A model generated the notes under the pieces. That model had not been told where the DNA came from. It ran no database searches and worked only from the letters and a program-made list of their open reading frames with translations. A program made the position numbers and the translations under genes. A DNA stretch of 64,000 bases from Candidatus Marinacidobacterales bacterium (GTDB taxonomy: Bacteria; Acidobacteriota; Vicinamibacteria; Marinacidobacterales; DATDRI01), in assembly GCA_965226495.1 (NCBI GenBank), contig OZ245365.1, positions 992,001-1,056,000 on the forward strand, in the 5' to 3' direction. Positions within the stretch are counted from its first letter, which is position 1; each line of letters begins with the position of its first letter. Below are positions 1 to 10,202 of the stretch, one piece after another.

Positions 1-2
1 AT

Positions 3-437
3 CCCCGAGTACCCGGCGAGATCATCTCCTGGAAGGAGCGCATGCCAAGCCGCGCCATGGGGTGGATCCACTTCGTGGAGTTCGACGATCGCGACAATCC
101 AAAGGAAGTTGCCCGCTACCGGGTCCCAGAGGCCGGGCCGCACAACTACTGGATCGACTACGAGCAAGAGATCATGTACGTGGGTTACTTCAACGCCGGT
201 CTCCGGGTGGTGGACATTTCCGGCGAGCTCATGGGCGATCTGTACCGCCAGGGACGCCAAATCGCGAAGTTCTACTCCGACGACAGCGAAGGGTTCGTGC
301 CGAACGCGCCTTTCGTCTGGGGTGCCCAGCCGCACAAAGGACATATTTTCTTTTCCGATTTCCACAGCGGCCTCTGGGCGGTTCGCCTGGTTGCTCCTCA
401 TCCTGCCGATGAAGGGGAGAAGGAGTCCACTCCATGA
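3..437 (+). CDS. LVIVD-repeat/beta-propeller protein, C-terminal part (runs off window start)
   Basis: Frame open from nt 3. Motifs GPHNYWI, YFNAGLRVVDISG and FSDFHSGLWAV are typical of LVIVD-repeat C-termini. Stop overlaps the next ATG (ATGA). Confidence 0.7.
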   Translation, partial: PRVPGEIISWKERMPSRAMGWIHFVEFDDRDNPKEVARYRVPEAGPHNYWIDYEQEIMYVGYFNAGLRVVDISGELMGDLYRQGRQIAKFYSDDSEGFVPNAPFVWGAQPHKGHIFFSDFHSGLWAVRLVAPHPADEGEKESTP

Positions 438-1534
438 AACCGAAGGTGAGTCTACTGGCGCTCTCTTTTGTTTTCTCTAGTCTCTCTTGGGCGGGCGAGC
501 CGCCGAACCCGATCACCGCGACTTATTACGTCTACGTGGCGGCCGAGTCCGACGACACGGTGGATCTCGTCAAGTTCGGACCCGACGGCGGCGTGCTCGA
601 GAAGAGGATCCCGGTCGGGATCTTTCCCAATGAGATCGAGGGGCCGCACGGGGTCCGCGTGGCTCCCAACGGACGGCATTGGTTCGTTTCCATAGCGCAC
701 GGCATGCCTTACGGCTACATCTATAAGTACGAAACCGGCAGCGATCTGCAGGTGGGGGAATCACAGGCGGGTTTGTTCCCGGCCACCATGGACATCAGCC
801 CGACCACGGGTTTTCTCTTCGTCGTGAATTTCAATCTGCACGGCGATCACGAGCCGGGCTCGCTATCGGTGGTGGACACCGTGTCAATGTCGGAAATCGC
901 ACAGATCGAGCAGGGCATCATGCCCCACGGTTCGCGGCTCAGCCCGGACGCGAAGTACAGCTACTCGGTTGCCATGATGTCCGGCGAGCTCTACGAAATC
1001 GACACCATGACCTTCGAGGTGAAACGCACCCTCGCGCTTACCAAGGACGACACCGAAGAGGCGGCGGGGCACCGACCCCATAAGGGTGCTGGCGCTTCGG
1101 TGAAGCCCACCTGGGTGCAGCCTCATCCGGAGAAACGCTTCGCGTATGTTGCGTTGAACGGTGCGAGCCAGGTCGTGGAAGTCGACTTGGACGCTTGGGC
1201 GATTACCCGCCGCTTTCACACTCACGAAGGGCCGTACAACTTGGCCATTACCCCCAACGGCAAAATTCTGATCGCTACCGAGAAGTCGAACCATTCCACG
1301 GCCTTTTGGGACATCGATTCCGGCAAGGAGCTGGCGAGCGTACCCAGTACCCGACCCATCACCCACGGCGTAACGGTGAGTCCCGACAGCCGATTGGCCT
1401 TTATCTCGGTCGAGGGACGCGGGGGTCAGCCGGGGACGGTGGAGGTCTTCGATCTCGAGACGTTCGAGCGGCGCGCCGCCATCGACGTGGGCAAGCAGGC
1501 TTCGGGGATCGACTTTTGGAAAATGGTTCCTTGA
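434..1534 (+). CDS. Secreted YVTN/YncE-family beta-propeller protein
   Basis: Signal peptide. Repeated blades GPHGVRVAPNG, MPHGSRLSPD, GPYNLAITPNG, THGVTVSPD. Confidence 0.8.
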   Translation: MKPKVSLLALSFVFSSLSWAGEPPNPITATYYVYVAAESDDTVDLVKFGPDGGVLEKRIPVGIFPNEIEGPHGVRVAPNGRHWFVSIAHGMPYGYIYKYETGSDLQVGESQAGLFPATMDISPTTGFLFVVNFNLHGDHEPGSLSVVDTVSMSEIAQIEQGIMPHGSRLSPDAKYSYSVAMMSGELYEIDTMTFEVKRTLALTKDDTEEAAGHRPHKGAGASVKPTWVQPHPEKRFAYVALNGASQVVEVDLDAWAITRRFHTHEGPYNLAITPNGKILIATEKSNHSTAFWDIDSGKELASVPSTRPITHGVTVSPDSRLAFISVEGRGGQPGTVEVFDLETFERRAAIDVGKQASGIDFWKMVP

Positions 1535-1541
1535 GTGAAGT

Positions 1542-1578
1542 TCAGCTCGAGCCATCCGAGCGCATCTCCGCGCGGAGC
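1542..1578 (-). pseudogene. 37-bp remnant of a hydantoinase B 3' end (LRAEMRSDGSS*)
   Basis: 32/37 identical to 8467-8503 (LRAEMRSDRPS*). Truncated exactly at the IS left end. Confidence 0.8.
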
Positions 1579-2943
1579 TGTGCCTCATCAAAATCCGTCC
1601 GCGTGTGAAATCAGAAACTTACGCGGCGTTGTCTCCTCCGCCACAGACTGATTTTCCCGCTTGAGATTGCGGTGAAGGAGGCACACTCCGGCGCTATGCT
1701 CCGTGTTCTCGTCTTCCTCGTCTCTCTCGGCGCCCGTGCGATCAGGGCGATGTGTCAGCGCCGAGCCGATCTTATGATAGAAAATCTTGCCTTGCGTCAG
1801 CAAGTTACGGCGCTCAAGAAGGAGCGCCCCCGGCCACCACTCGAGGACACGGAGCGAGCCTTTTGGGTGGCACTACGCAAATCGTGGCCGGGGTGGGCGA
1901 GCCGCTTACTCATCGTTAACGCCGACACCGTCGCGCGGTGGAATCGGGCTCGATTCCGAGGATACTGGGCGAAGATCTCGCAGCAACGCCATCCAGGACG
2001 GCCTCGCGTCGACGCGGAGATTCTTCGGCTCATCCGGATGATGGCGCAAGACGGCTGGAGTGCACCGCGTATCCACGCGGAGCTCACGAAGCTCGGATTC
2101 TCTGTCTCCGAAATGACGGTGTCGCGTTACCTGCCGCGCCGGCCTGGCGAACCCGATGAGGTGAAGCGCTGGGTAGCTTTCTTGCGAAACCACAAAGACG
2201 ACATCGCGGCGATGGATTTGTTCACCGTACCGACGGCGTCGCTCCGGTTGCTGTACGGCTTCTTTGTCATCGAGCATGACCGTCGTCATATCCTGCACTT
2301 TGGCGCCACGTTCCACCCGACGGCGGCGTGGGTGATCCGGCAACTACGTGAGGCGTTTCCCTACGACACCGCGCCGAGATACCTCATTTTTGAAAGGGAC
2401 TCGATCTTCAGCTCCGCGGTGGTCGAGTTCATCAAGGCGATGGGCACGAAGCCTGTTCGGATCTCTTTTCGCAGTCCTTGGCAGAACGGAAGGGCCGAGC
2501 GCTGGATCGGCAGCTGCCATCGAGAGCTCCTTGAGCACGTCGTCGTCCTCAGCGAGCGTCATTTCATTCGCCTGGTACGGTCTTACATCAGCTACTATCA
2601 CGAGGACCGCTGTCACTTGGGACTCAGCAAAGACACGCCGAACGCAAGAGCAATGGCGCCGCGAGCGTCACCGACGGCGAAAGTCGTCGCGCTGCCGCGA
2701 GTGGGTGGACTGCACCACCGGTACGAATGGCGCGAGGCTGCTTGAGCAGACAGCTCAAGCGAGCTAGATGGGCGGTGGGGCCTCCGTCCTCGAACTCCGT
2801 GAACTCTCGACACCGACAGACGTCCTCGCAAGGCTCCAACATGCGACGTGGCGTGCCGTCCGCATCGCTGCTTCCATGTCCGACAACGAGGTGTGGCGAC
2901 CGGGGCCGTTCGGGGCCGTTCGGATTAATATTGATGAGCCACA
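1579..2943 (+). mobile_element. Insertion sequence, IS481-like (TGT...ACA ends)
   Basis: Imperfect 23-bp terminal inverted repeats, 1579-1601 tgtgcctcatcaaaatccgtccg and 2921-2943 cggattaatattgatgagccaca (18/23), flank an integrase-core transposase. No target-site duplication seen. Confidence 0.8.
1672..2745 (+). CDS. Integrase-core (rve, DDE) transposase
   Basis: ENLALRQQ, GRPR, AAMDLFTV, LIFERDSIF, SPWQNGRAERWIGS, GGLHHRY. True start may be the ATG at 1696. Confidence 0.9.
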   Translation: MKEAHSGAMLRVLVFLVSLGARAIRAMCQRRADLMIENLALRQQVTALKKERPRPPLEDTERAFWVALRKSWPGWASRLLIVNADTVARWNRARFRGYWAKISQQRHPGRPRVDAEILRLIRMMAQDGWSAPRIHAELTKLGFSVSEMTVSRYLPRRPGEPDEVKRWVAFLRNHKDDIAAMDLFTVPTASLRLLYGFFVIEHDRRHILHFGATFHPTAAWVIRQLREAFPYDTAPRYLIFERDSIFSSAVVEFIKAMGTKPVRISFRSPWQNGRAERWIGSCHRELLEHVVVLSERHFIRLVRSYISYYHEDRCHLGLSKDTPNARAMAPRASPTAKVVALPRVGGLHHRYEWREAA

Positions 2944-3025
2944 GCATAAGAACCTCCTTCCGTCTCATTATCTTGATCGCAATTGACCCCCTCGCCGGCC
3001 TGAGCGTAAGGACAAACAAGCCCAA

Positions 3026-3727
3026 TCATGTGGCGCTCTTGAGACCGCGAGGTGGCGCGTCAGACGCGGGGACCGCAGCCGAGTCGGTGGGTTGAGAGAT
3101 GACCGCGACGCCGTATTCCTCTGCGGCATCTTTGAGCCAGGTGGCGACGTAATCGGCAAAGCTACGGCGCACCATGAGATCGAATGACGGCAAATCACCC
3201 CGGTGCCGGATGAGGACCCCGGCTTTTGCGAGGTGGGTCTGAGTGCAGCGCCCGGGACCGAAGACCCGTGCGTGAAGATCCACGGGGCTCCCTTTGCTCA
3301 GCACGTCACGGGCATGAGCGCCCCGAATGTTGATGACCGTTTGACCACCGCTCAAATCGGTGACGGCGGAGAATACGTTGCCCAAGGCGGTCCGCAGGGC
3401 TTTGGCGATTCGGTCTTGCTGGTCCTCCGGGGTCAAGAGCAGCCATTCATTGGGTCCGAGCCAGAGAGCGGTCAGCTCGCGGCCGTCCGTGACGGTGTTG
3501 GGGTCCAAGGGCAAACCGAATCCAACCACTGCCTCAACGGCTTCGAGAAACGCGGTGTCGGTCGGCTCGCCGCGCAGATTCAGATGGCCGAGGAAAGGGC
3601 GCTCCTGCAGTTGGACACCGGCCTGACCAGCCTGACCGGCCTGACCGGCCTGACCGTAAAGCCTAGCGCTCGGTTCGGCCGCGTAAAACTCTGCCAAAGG
3701 AGACTCTCGACGGGCCCGTTCAGACAT
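3026..3727 (-). CDS. soxG: Sarcosine oxidase subunit gamma
   Basis: LWLGPNEWLL, VTDLSGG, VRRSFADY. Last gene of the soxBDAG order. Confidence 0.9.
   Translation of the reverse strand: MSERARRESPLAEFYAAEPSARLYGQAGQAGQAGQAGVQLQERPFLGHLNLRGEPTDTAFLEAVEAVVGFGLPLDPNTVTDGRELTALWLGPNEWLLLTPEDQQDRIAKALRTALGNVFSAVTDLSGGQTVINIRGAHARDVLSKGSPVDLHARVFGPGRCTQTHLAKAGVLIRHRGDLPSFDLMVRRSFADYVATWLKDAAEEYGVAVISQPTDSAAVPASDAPPRGLKSAT
3617..3656. repeat. 9-bp tandem repeat (accggcctg x4) encoding GQA repeats in SoxG
   Basis: accggcctg accagcctg accggcctg accggcctg accg. Confidence 0.9.
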
Positions 3728-6700
3728 TTTGTCTCGCTCCCTCCGGATCGTAGAACACCGGTTGGGTAATCACCGCACTCACCGTTCGGCCCTTCAACAA
3801 CGGTATGTGCACCCTCTGGTTCATACGGGAGCGTCCAGACTTTACCAGGGCCAGCGCAAAAGAGCGGCCAAGGTGGGCACTGAAATAGCTGGAGGTGACG
3901 TGACCTATCATCGGCACCGGAATGGAAGCCGAGAGAGACTCGACGATTTGCCCGCCTTCTGGCAAAACCTCCGACGGCGTTTCGGTCAACAAACCAACCA
4001 GTTGTTTACGATCTTCACGTACACAATCCGGTCGAGCGAGGGAGCGCTTGCCGAGGAAGTCCTTTTGTTTGCTGAGAACCCAATCCATGCCTAGATCCCC
4101 GGGAGTGACCGAACCGTCGGTCTCCTGACCCACGATGATGAAGCCTTTCTCGGCGCGCAAGATATGCAAGGCTTCCGTGCCGTAGGGGGTGATATCGTAT
4201 TCCTTCCCCGCTTCCATCAAGGCTTCCCAGACTCCCCGGCCATAGTTGGCCGAAACATTGACCTCGTAAGTCAGCTCTCCGCTAAAGCTGATGCGAAAAA
4301 CCCGGGCCGGCACGCCGGCCACCGTTCCGTGGCGAACGGACATGAAGGGGAAGGCCTCGCGAGAAAAGTCGATATCGTCGCATAGCTTCGTGATCATCTT
4401 TCGACTATAGGCTCCTACCACGGCGATGGTTGCCCAGTGATCGGTGACCGACGTCAAGTAGACCTTGAGCTCCGGCCATTCCGTCTGCAACCACCGCTCG
4501 AGCCAAGACATCACGTTCGCCGCCCCGCCGGTAGTGGTGTGCATTAAATAATGATGCTCGGCGAGTCGGGCGGTGACCCCGTCGTCCATCACCATGCCGT
4601 CTTCACCCAGCATCAGACCGTAGCGACAGCGACCGACGCCGAGCTTGCTCCAGCCGTTGGTGTACACACGATTGAGAAACTCGGCGACATCTGGCCCCTG
4701 TAAATCGATCTTCCCCAGAGTCGATTGATCGACGAGGCAAACGCCGGTGCGGGCCGCGAGACATTCTCGGTTCACGGTATCGTGCATCGTCTCGCCGGGA
4801 CGCGGGTAGTACCAGGGGCGTTTCCACTGCCCGACGTTCTCGAACTCCGCTCCCATCTCCGCATGCCACGCGTGTATCGCGGTCTTACGCACCGGATCGA
4901 AGAGCGGCCCCAGGTCGCGCCCGGCGAGGGCTCCGAAGCTGATAGGCGTGTAGGAAGGACGGAACTTGGTGGTGCCGACGGAGGGGAGATCGACACCCAA
5001 CGTCTTGGCTACGATTCCCATGCCGTTGATGCTGCCGAGCTTCCCCTGATCCGTGCCCATCGCCAGGGTGGTATAGCGCTTGACCAGCTCGATCGACTCG
5101 AAGCCCTCGCGCACGGCCAGCACGATGTCCGCCGCACTCACGTCCTCTTGCATGTCCACGAACTGCTTGTGCTCCCGCGAGATCGGTTCGCGGGACGGAA
5201 CGACCCACATTGGACAGAGCGGCTCCTCGGCCTCTTCGGGGATATCGGGTACCTTTGCCTTGGCTCGTCCGCCGCCGAAGCCGGCGTCGTGAGCAGCGGC
5301 GGCGCCCGCGGCCGAGCCTTCGGCCAAAGATTCACGTAGGGTGAAGTCGCCGTTACAGGAGCCCGCCGAGCGCTCCGCCTGGACGGACTCGCCAGGCACA
5401 AAGCAGGCCTTGAGCGTGTCCCAGCGCAACTTGCCCCCGGATTGGGAGTGCAGGTGTACGGTGGGAGTCCACCCTCCGGAAACGGCAACCAGATCGCTCT
5501 CGATCTCACGGACCTTGCCCTCGACGGACCCTCCCTCGGCGTCGAGGCGCATGACCTCGACGCCGCTCACCCTCTTCTTACCGAGCACGTCCACCACGGC
5601 ATGGCCGCCGATCACCTCGATACCCCGTTGCCGCACCAGGGAGGGCAGAGCACCACGCGGCTCTCCTCGCACATCCACCACCGCGGCCACCGCCGTTCCC
5701 GCCTCGGCGAGGTCTAGCGCCGTTTGATAGGCGCTGTCGTTGTTCGTGAACACTAGCGCCCGCGACCCGGGCGCCACGGCATATCGGTTCACATACGTAG
5801 AGACGGCCGACGCCAACAGGATGCCGGGACGGTCATTATTAGGAAACACCAGAGGGCGCTCGATGGCACCAGCGGCGAGAACCACCTGCTTGGCTCGGAC
5901 TCCCCAGAGCCTTTCACGGGGTCTCGACTGGGCAGCGGGGGGCAAGTGGGCCGTCACTCGCTCGAGGATTCCCAGGAAATTGTGGTCGTAGTAGCCGAAC
6001 ACGGTGCTGCGCGGAAGGAGGCGCACCTCCTCCATCCCACGCAGTTCCTCAATGGCCGCCGTCGCCCATTCCATAGCGGGAGCGCCATCGATAAGCTGGC
6101 GGCTACTTAGAGCGCTGCCGCCCAGCTCGGACTGCTCGTCGGCGAGAATGACCCGCGCACCCGTGCGACCGGCCTCGACCGCCGCTGCGAGTCCGGCGGG
6201 GCCGCTTCCGAGGACCAAAACGTCACAGTGGGTATGGACTTTGTCGTAACGATCGGGGTCGGGTTCTCTCGGCGAGAGTCCCAAGCCCGCCGCACGGCGA
6301 ATAAAGGACTCGTACTTCATCCACATGCGCTTCGGCCGCATGAAGGTCTTGTAGTAAAAGCCGGAAGGCAGAAAACGAGAAAAAAGGCCGATAAACGCAT
6401 AAGCGTCCCAATGGAGGCTTGGCCAGCAATTGACGCTTGCCGCGCGAAGTCCCTGATAGAGCTCGACCTGAGTCGCGACTTGATTGGGCAGCGTGTGGCC
6501 GCCGCTCCCTATTTGAAGAACGGCATTCGGCTCTTCGGTACCGCTTCCCACGATGCCGCGGGGGCGGTGATACTTGAAGCTCCGTCCGACTAAATGGATG
6601 CCGTTCGCCAGCAAAGCCGATGCGAGCGTGTCCCCCTGATAGCCTCGACAACGCTCACCATTGAATGTGAACTCCAGCGGCTTGTCACGGGCGATTCGGC

Positions 6701-6731
6701 CACCCGTGGCGAGACGATGCCGCTCGGTCAC
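3720..6731 (-). CDS. soxA: Sarcosine oxidase subunit alpha
   Basis: GDTLASALLANG, RSFKYHRPRG, GSGPAGLAAA, KRYTTLAMGTDQGK and a GcvT-like C-terminus. Confidence 0.95.
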   Translation of the reverse strand: MTERHRLATGGRIARDKPLEFTFNGERCRGYQGDTLASALLANGIHLVGRSFKYHRPRGIVGSGTEEPNAVLQIGSGGHTLPNQVATQVELYQGLRAASVNCWPSLHWDAYAFIGLFSRFLPSGFYYKTFMRPKRMWMKYESFIRRAAGLGLSPREPDPDRYDKVHTHCDVLVLGSGPAGLAAAVEAGRTGARVILADEQSELGGSALSSRQLIDGAPAMEWATAAIEELRGMEEVRLLPRSTVFGYYDHNFLGILERVTAHLPPAAQSRPRERLWGVRAKQVVLAAGAIERPLVFPNNDRPGILLASAVSTYVNRYAVAPGSRALVFTNNDSAYQTALDLAEAGTAVAAVVDVRGEPRGALPSLVRQRGIEVIGGHAVVDVLGKKRVSGVEVMRLDAEGGSVEGKVREIESDLVAVSGGWTPTVHLHSQSGGKLRWDTLKACFVPGESVQAERSAGSCNGDFTLRESLAEGSAAGAAAAHDAGFGGGRAKAKVPDIPEEAEEPLCPMWVVPSREPISREHKQFVDMQEDVSAADIVLAVREGFESIELVKRYTTLAMGTDQGKLGSINGMGIVAKTLGVDLPSVGTTKFRPSYTPISFGALAGRDLGPLFDPVRKTAIHAWHAEMGAEFENVGQWKRPWYYPRPGETMHDTVNRECLAARTGVCLVDQSTLGKIDLQGPDVAEFLNRVYTNGWSKLGVGRCRYGLMLGEDGMVMDDGVTARLAEHHYLMHTTTGGAANVMSWLERWLQTEWPELKVYLTSVTDHWATIAVVGAYSRKMITKLCDDIDFSREAFPFMSVRHGTVAGVPARVFRISFSGELTYEVNVSANYGRGVWEALMEAGKEYDITPYGTEALHILRAEKGFIIVGQETDGSVTPGDLGMDWVLSKQKDFLGKRSLARPDCVREDRKQLVGLLTETPSEVLPEGGQIVESLSASIPVPMIGHVTSSYFSAHLGRSFALALVKSGRSRMNQRVHIPLLKGRTVSAVITQPVFYDPEGARQNV

Positions 6732-7009
6732 TCGACACCTCTAGGAACCCGCTCACCTACCTTGTAGACCGAGATGATCTTGTAAGTGACCGTGTCGCGC
6801 TCGACGTTGAACCACCGCCGGCATCCCGCCGAGTGCAGCCATTGCTCGCGGTGGCGACCTTGCGGGTTCTTGCGCATGAAGAGATAGTCCGCCCAGTCGG
6901 CATCCGTGAGCACGTTCGGGTCCTTGGGCCGGACGATGTGGGCCTCCCCGCCATACGAGAACTCGGTCTCTTCTCGCGGCCCGCACCATGGGCAATCGAT
7001 CAACAACAT
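6728..7009 (-). CDS. soxD: Sarcosine oxidase subunit delta
   Basis: MLLIDCPWCGPR...EQWLHSAGCRRWFNVERDT Zn-binding signature. Confidence 0.95.
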   Translation of the reverse strand: MLLIDCPWCGPREETEFSYGGEAHIVRPKDPNVLTDADWADYLFMRKNPQGRHREQWLHSAGCRRWFNVERDTVTYKIISVYKVGERVPRGVE

Positions 7010-7018
7010 GACATTTCC

Positions 7019-8287
7019 TCAGTGTGCGACGCCGGCGGCGCCATGCTCATCGATCAGGTGGCCGGTGGTAAAGCGCTCGAGTGAGAACGGTTCGTTGAGA
7101 GGATGGGGCCGATCCTGGGCAATCGTATGGGCAAACACCCAGCCCGAGCCCGGCGTGGCTTTGAAGCCACCGGTGCCCCACCCGGCGTTGATATATAAGC
7201 CTCGGATCGGGGTTTTGCTGAGGATCGGGCTGGCATCGGGGCAGGTGTCGACCGTACCGGCCCATTGTCGCAACATGCGAACGCGGCTGAAAATCGGGAA
7301 CAACTCGACGACGGCCGCCAAGTTGTGCTCGATCACGGAGAGGCTCCCGCGAAGACCGTAGCCGTTGTAGGAGTCGATTCCCGCCCCCAACACGAGCTCT
7401 CCCTTGTCCGTTTGTGAGATGTAAGCGTGGACGGCATTGGACATCACGACCGTATCCAGTACCGGCTTCAGGGGCTCCGAAACAAGCGCCTGCAACGGAT
7501 GGCTGGTGATAGGTAGACGAAGCCCGGCCATCTCCGCGAGCACGCTGGTGTGACCCGCCACCACGACCCCCACCTTCTTGGCCCTGATGAATCCCTTTAC
7601 CGTGTCCACCCCAACGACTTGGCCGTTGTCGCGCCGGATGCCAGTGACTCCACATTCCTGGATGATGTCCACCCCGCGGGCATCCGCGGCACGAGCGAAA
7701 CCCCAGGCAACGGCATCGTGACGGGCCGTACCCCCTCGCCGCTGGAGGGAAGCTCCAAGTACTGGGTGCCGCGCATGGGGGGAGGTGTTCATGATCGGCA
7801 CCATCGCCTTGACTTGCTCGGCATTCAGGATCTCCGCGTCGATTCCATTCAGTTGATTGGCATGCACCCTTCGAGAGATGCCGCGCATATCACCCAAGCT
7901 ATGGCCGAGATTGAGGACCCCCCGCTGACTAAACATGAGATTGTAGTTGAGCTCTTGGCTGAGGTTTTCCCACAGCTTCAAGGACATCTCGTACAGGTGT
8001 GAGGTCTCGTCCCACAGATAATTGGAGCGCACGATGGTTGTGTTTCGACCGATGCTGCCACCGCCCAGCCAACCCTTTTCGAGCACCGCCACATTGGTGA
8101 TCCCGTGCTCCTTGGCCAGGTAATAGGCGGTGGCCAGACCATGGCCGCCGGCACCGACGATGATCACGTCATACTCCGACTTCGGCGCCGGGCTGCGCCA
8201 TTGTCGAGCCCAATTCTCGTGGTAGCTCAAGCCGTTTCGAACCAAGCTGAACAATGAGTGTTGGGAGTAGTGGGAGTATTTGCTCAT
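7019..8287 (-). CDS. soxB: Sarcosine oxidase subunit beta
   Basis: [55 protein letters not shown]. Confidence 0.95.
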   Translation of the reverse strand: MSKYSHYSQHSLFSLVRNGLSYHENWARQWRSPAPKSEYDVIIVGAGGHGLATAYYLAKEHGITNVAVLEKGWLGGGSIGRNTTIVRSNYLWDETSHLYEMSLKLWENLSQELNYNLMFSQRGVLNLGHSLGDMRGISRRVHANQLNGIDAEILNAEQVKAMVPIMNTSPHARHPVLGASLQRRGGTARHDAVAWGFARAADARGVDIIQECGVTGIRRDNGQVVGVDTVKGFIRAKKVGVVVAGHTSVLAEMAGLRLPITSHPLQALVSEPLKPVLDTVVMSNAVHAYISQTDKGELVLGAGIDSYNGYGLRGSLSVIEHNLAAVVELFPIFSRVRMLRQWAGTVDTCPDASPILSKTPIRGLYINAGWGTGGFKATPGSGWVFAHTIAQDRPHPLNEPFSLERFTTGHLIDEHGAAGVAH

Positions 8288-8466
8288 GATGTCACTCAGT
8301 CAGCAATAAGACGGCGGGCTCTGAGAGCAGTGCCAGCTTCCCCCCCTGCGAGAATCATAGGAAATTTGAGCGTGGCCGCGTGAGCAAATACTAACTGAGT
8401 TCATGTTCGCGAGACCGCTTCCTAAGTCTACGAGACGTGAAGTACGGAAACCGGCGGCGCCACGAC

Positions 8467-10176
8467 TCAGCTCGGACGGTCCGAACGCATCTCCGCGCGG
8501 AGCGCCTCGGTCTCGTCCTCCAGTATCACGAGGCGCTCAGGATCGATCGCTACCGAGTAATCGGTGCGCGCCCGCTCCAGCGAGACGTAGCCGTTTCGCA
8601 CGTCCTCGAGAACCCTAGCGGGATCCCGTTCCCACGGCGGTCCGTAGCCCCCACCACCCGGCAGCTCGAGCGTTATCTCCAACCCGGCGGGGAGTGGGGT
8701 TCGGGTCTTGGCGCGGAGCGATACGTTGGGATCACTAGCCCGCAGGTTGCCGGCGGCACCCGGCCTCCCGCCGCTCAGACCGGGGGCGGGACACTGGATG
8801 CGCTCGTAGAGCCCCGAGAAGATAAAGGGTTGGTCCGAGCGCACCGCGAACTCCATCACCTGGCCGAGCCCGCCTCGGTACGTGCCGGCTCCGCCCGAAT
8901 CCGCGCGGAGCTCTCGTCGCTTCAACAGGATGGGCGAGAGCGTTTCGATGACCTCCGCCGGCACCCCGGCGATGCCGCTGGGGAACGCCGTGGCCGAGAG
9001 CCCGTCCTTCGTCGAGAGAGCGCCGGTGCCCCCGGAGGAGAACCACACGTACGTGAAACGGTTTCCGGTCTTGGGATCGTGGCCGAAGATCTGCGTATCC
9101 CACAACCCGTCGGCTCCGGGAGCCATCACCCGATCCGGCAAGGCTTCCGCCAAGGCGCCGAAGATCGCGGCGGGAAGAAAATGACCCACCAGGTGGCGTC
9201 CACCGACCGCGGCGGGGAACTGAGCGTTCAAGATGGAGTCCTTGGGCGCGGTGACCGTCACCGGGCGGAAGCTACCCTCGTTGTTGGGGACGTCCGGGGA
9301 GATGGCGCACTTGAGGCCGTAGGTGGTGTAGGCGGTGGTGTAGTTCATGGCCACGTTAATGCCTTGGTCGACCGGGCCGGACGAACCGGCATAGTCCACC
9401 GTGATACTGTCGCCGCTCACCATCACCGAGACCTTGATCCGCACCGGATCATCGAAACCGTCGATCCAAAGCTCGAAGGGGTAAGCGTCGTCCGGGATTG
9501 CCGCGATACGTTCGCGCATCCCGGCCTCGGACCGGTCCAGGATCAGATCCGCCAGGGCCTCGATGTCGCCGAGGTCGAACTCGTCGAGGAACGAGAGGAG
9601 CTCCCGCCCCCCCACTTCATTTCCCACCACCTGGGAGTGGAGGTCTCCAAGGACCTCCACGGGGGCGCGGACATTCGATCGCAGGAGATCGAAGAAGGGG
9701 GTGACCGGTCGCCCCTCGTCATAGAGCTTCATCACCGGAATGAGAAGACCTTCCTCATAGACCTCCCGGGAGTCGGCCGAGAGACCGCGGCCGCCGATGT
9801 CCAGGGCATGACAGGTGTTGGCGAAGAACGCCACCACCCGCCCATCTCGGAAGATGGGGGTGGCGACGGTGATATCGTTGAGCTGCGACGCCGTCTTCCA
9901 TGGGTCGTTGGTCACCAGGACGTCACCAGGCCGCAGCGCGTCGGGCGGGAAGGCCGCGAGGAAGTGGCGCATGCCGGTGGCCATGGAGTTGATGTGACCG
10001 GGCGTCCCGGTCACCGCCTGGGCGATCATGCGGCCTCGCCGATCGAAGACGCCGGCGGACAGGTCGCCCGCCTCGCGAACGATAGAAGTGAAAGAGGTTC
10101 GGATGAGCGCCGCGGCTTGCTCGTTCACCACGCTGATCATGCGGTTCCAGAGCACTTCAAGGGTGAGCTGATCCAT
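8467..10176 (-). CDS. Hydantoinase B/oxoprolinase family subunit
   Basis: RTSFTSIVREAGDLS, TNDPW, DSGGAGTYRGG, PGGGGYG. AGGAGG RBS upstream. Confidence 0.9.
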   Translation of the reverse strand: MDQLTLEVLWNRMISVVNEQAAALIRTSFTSIVREAGDLSAGVFDRRGRMIAQAVTGTPGHINSMATGMRHFLAAFPPDALRPGDVLVTNDPWKTASQLNDITVATPIFRDGRVVAFFANTCHALDIGGRGLSADSREVYEEGLLIPVMKLYDEGRPVTPFFDLLRSNVRAPVEVLGDLHSQVVGNEVGGRELLSFLDEFDLGDIEALADLILDRSEAGMRERIAAIPDDAYPFELWIDGFDDPVRIKVSVMVSGDSITVDYAGSSGPVDQGINVAMNYTTAYTTYGLKCAISPDVPNNEGSFRPVTVTAPKDSILNAQFPAAVGGRHLVGHFLPAAIFGALAEALPDRVMAPGADGLWDTQIFGHDPKTGNRFTYVWFSSGGTGALSTKDGLSATAFPSGIAGVPAEVIETLSPILLKRRELRADSGGAGTYRGGLGQVMEFAVRSDQPFIFSGLYERIQCPAPGLSGGRPGAAGNLRASDPNVSLRAKTRTPLPAGLEITLELPGGGGYGPPWERDPARVLEDVRNGYVSLERARTDYSVAIDPERLVILEDETEALRAEMRSDRPS

Positions 10177-10202
10177 CGCGCCTCCTTAGACCCCCGGGCC
10201 TA

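Noticed and set aside
8288-8466. Glycine or THF riboswitch before soxB
   Set aside because: Only a partial CTCTCAG match; the conserved GGAGA...CCGAAG core is missing.
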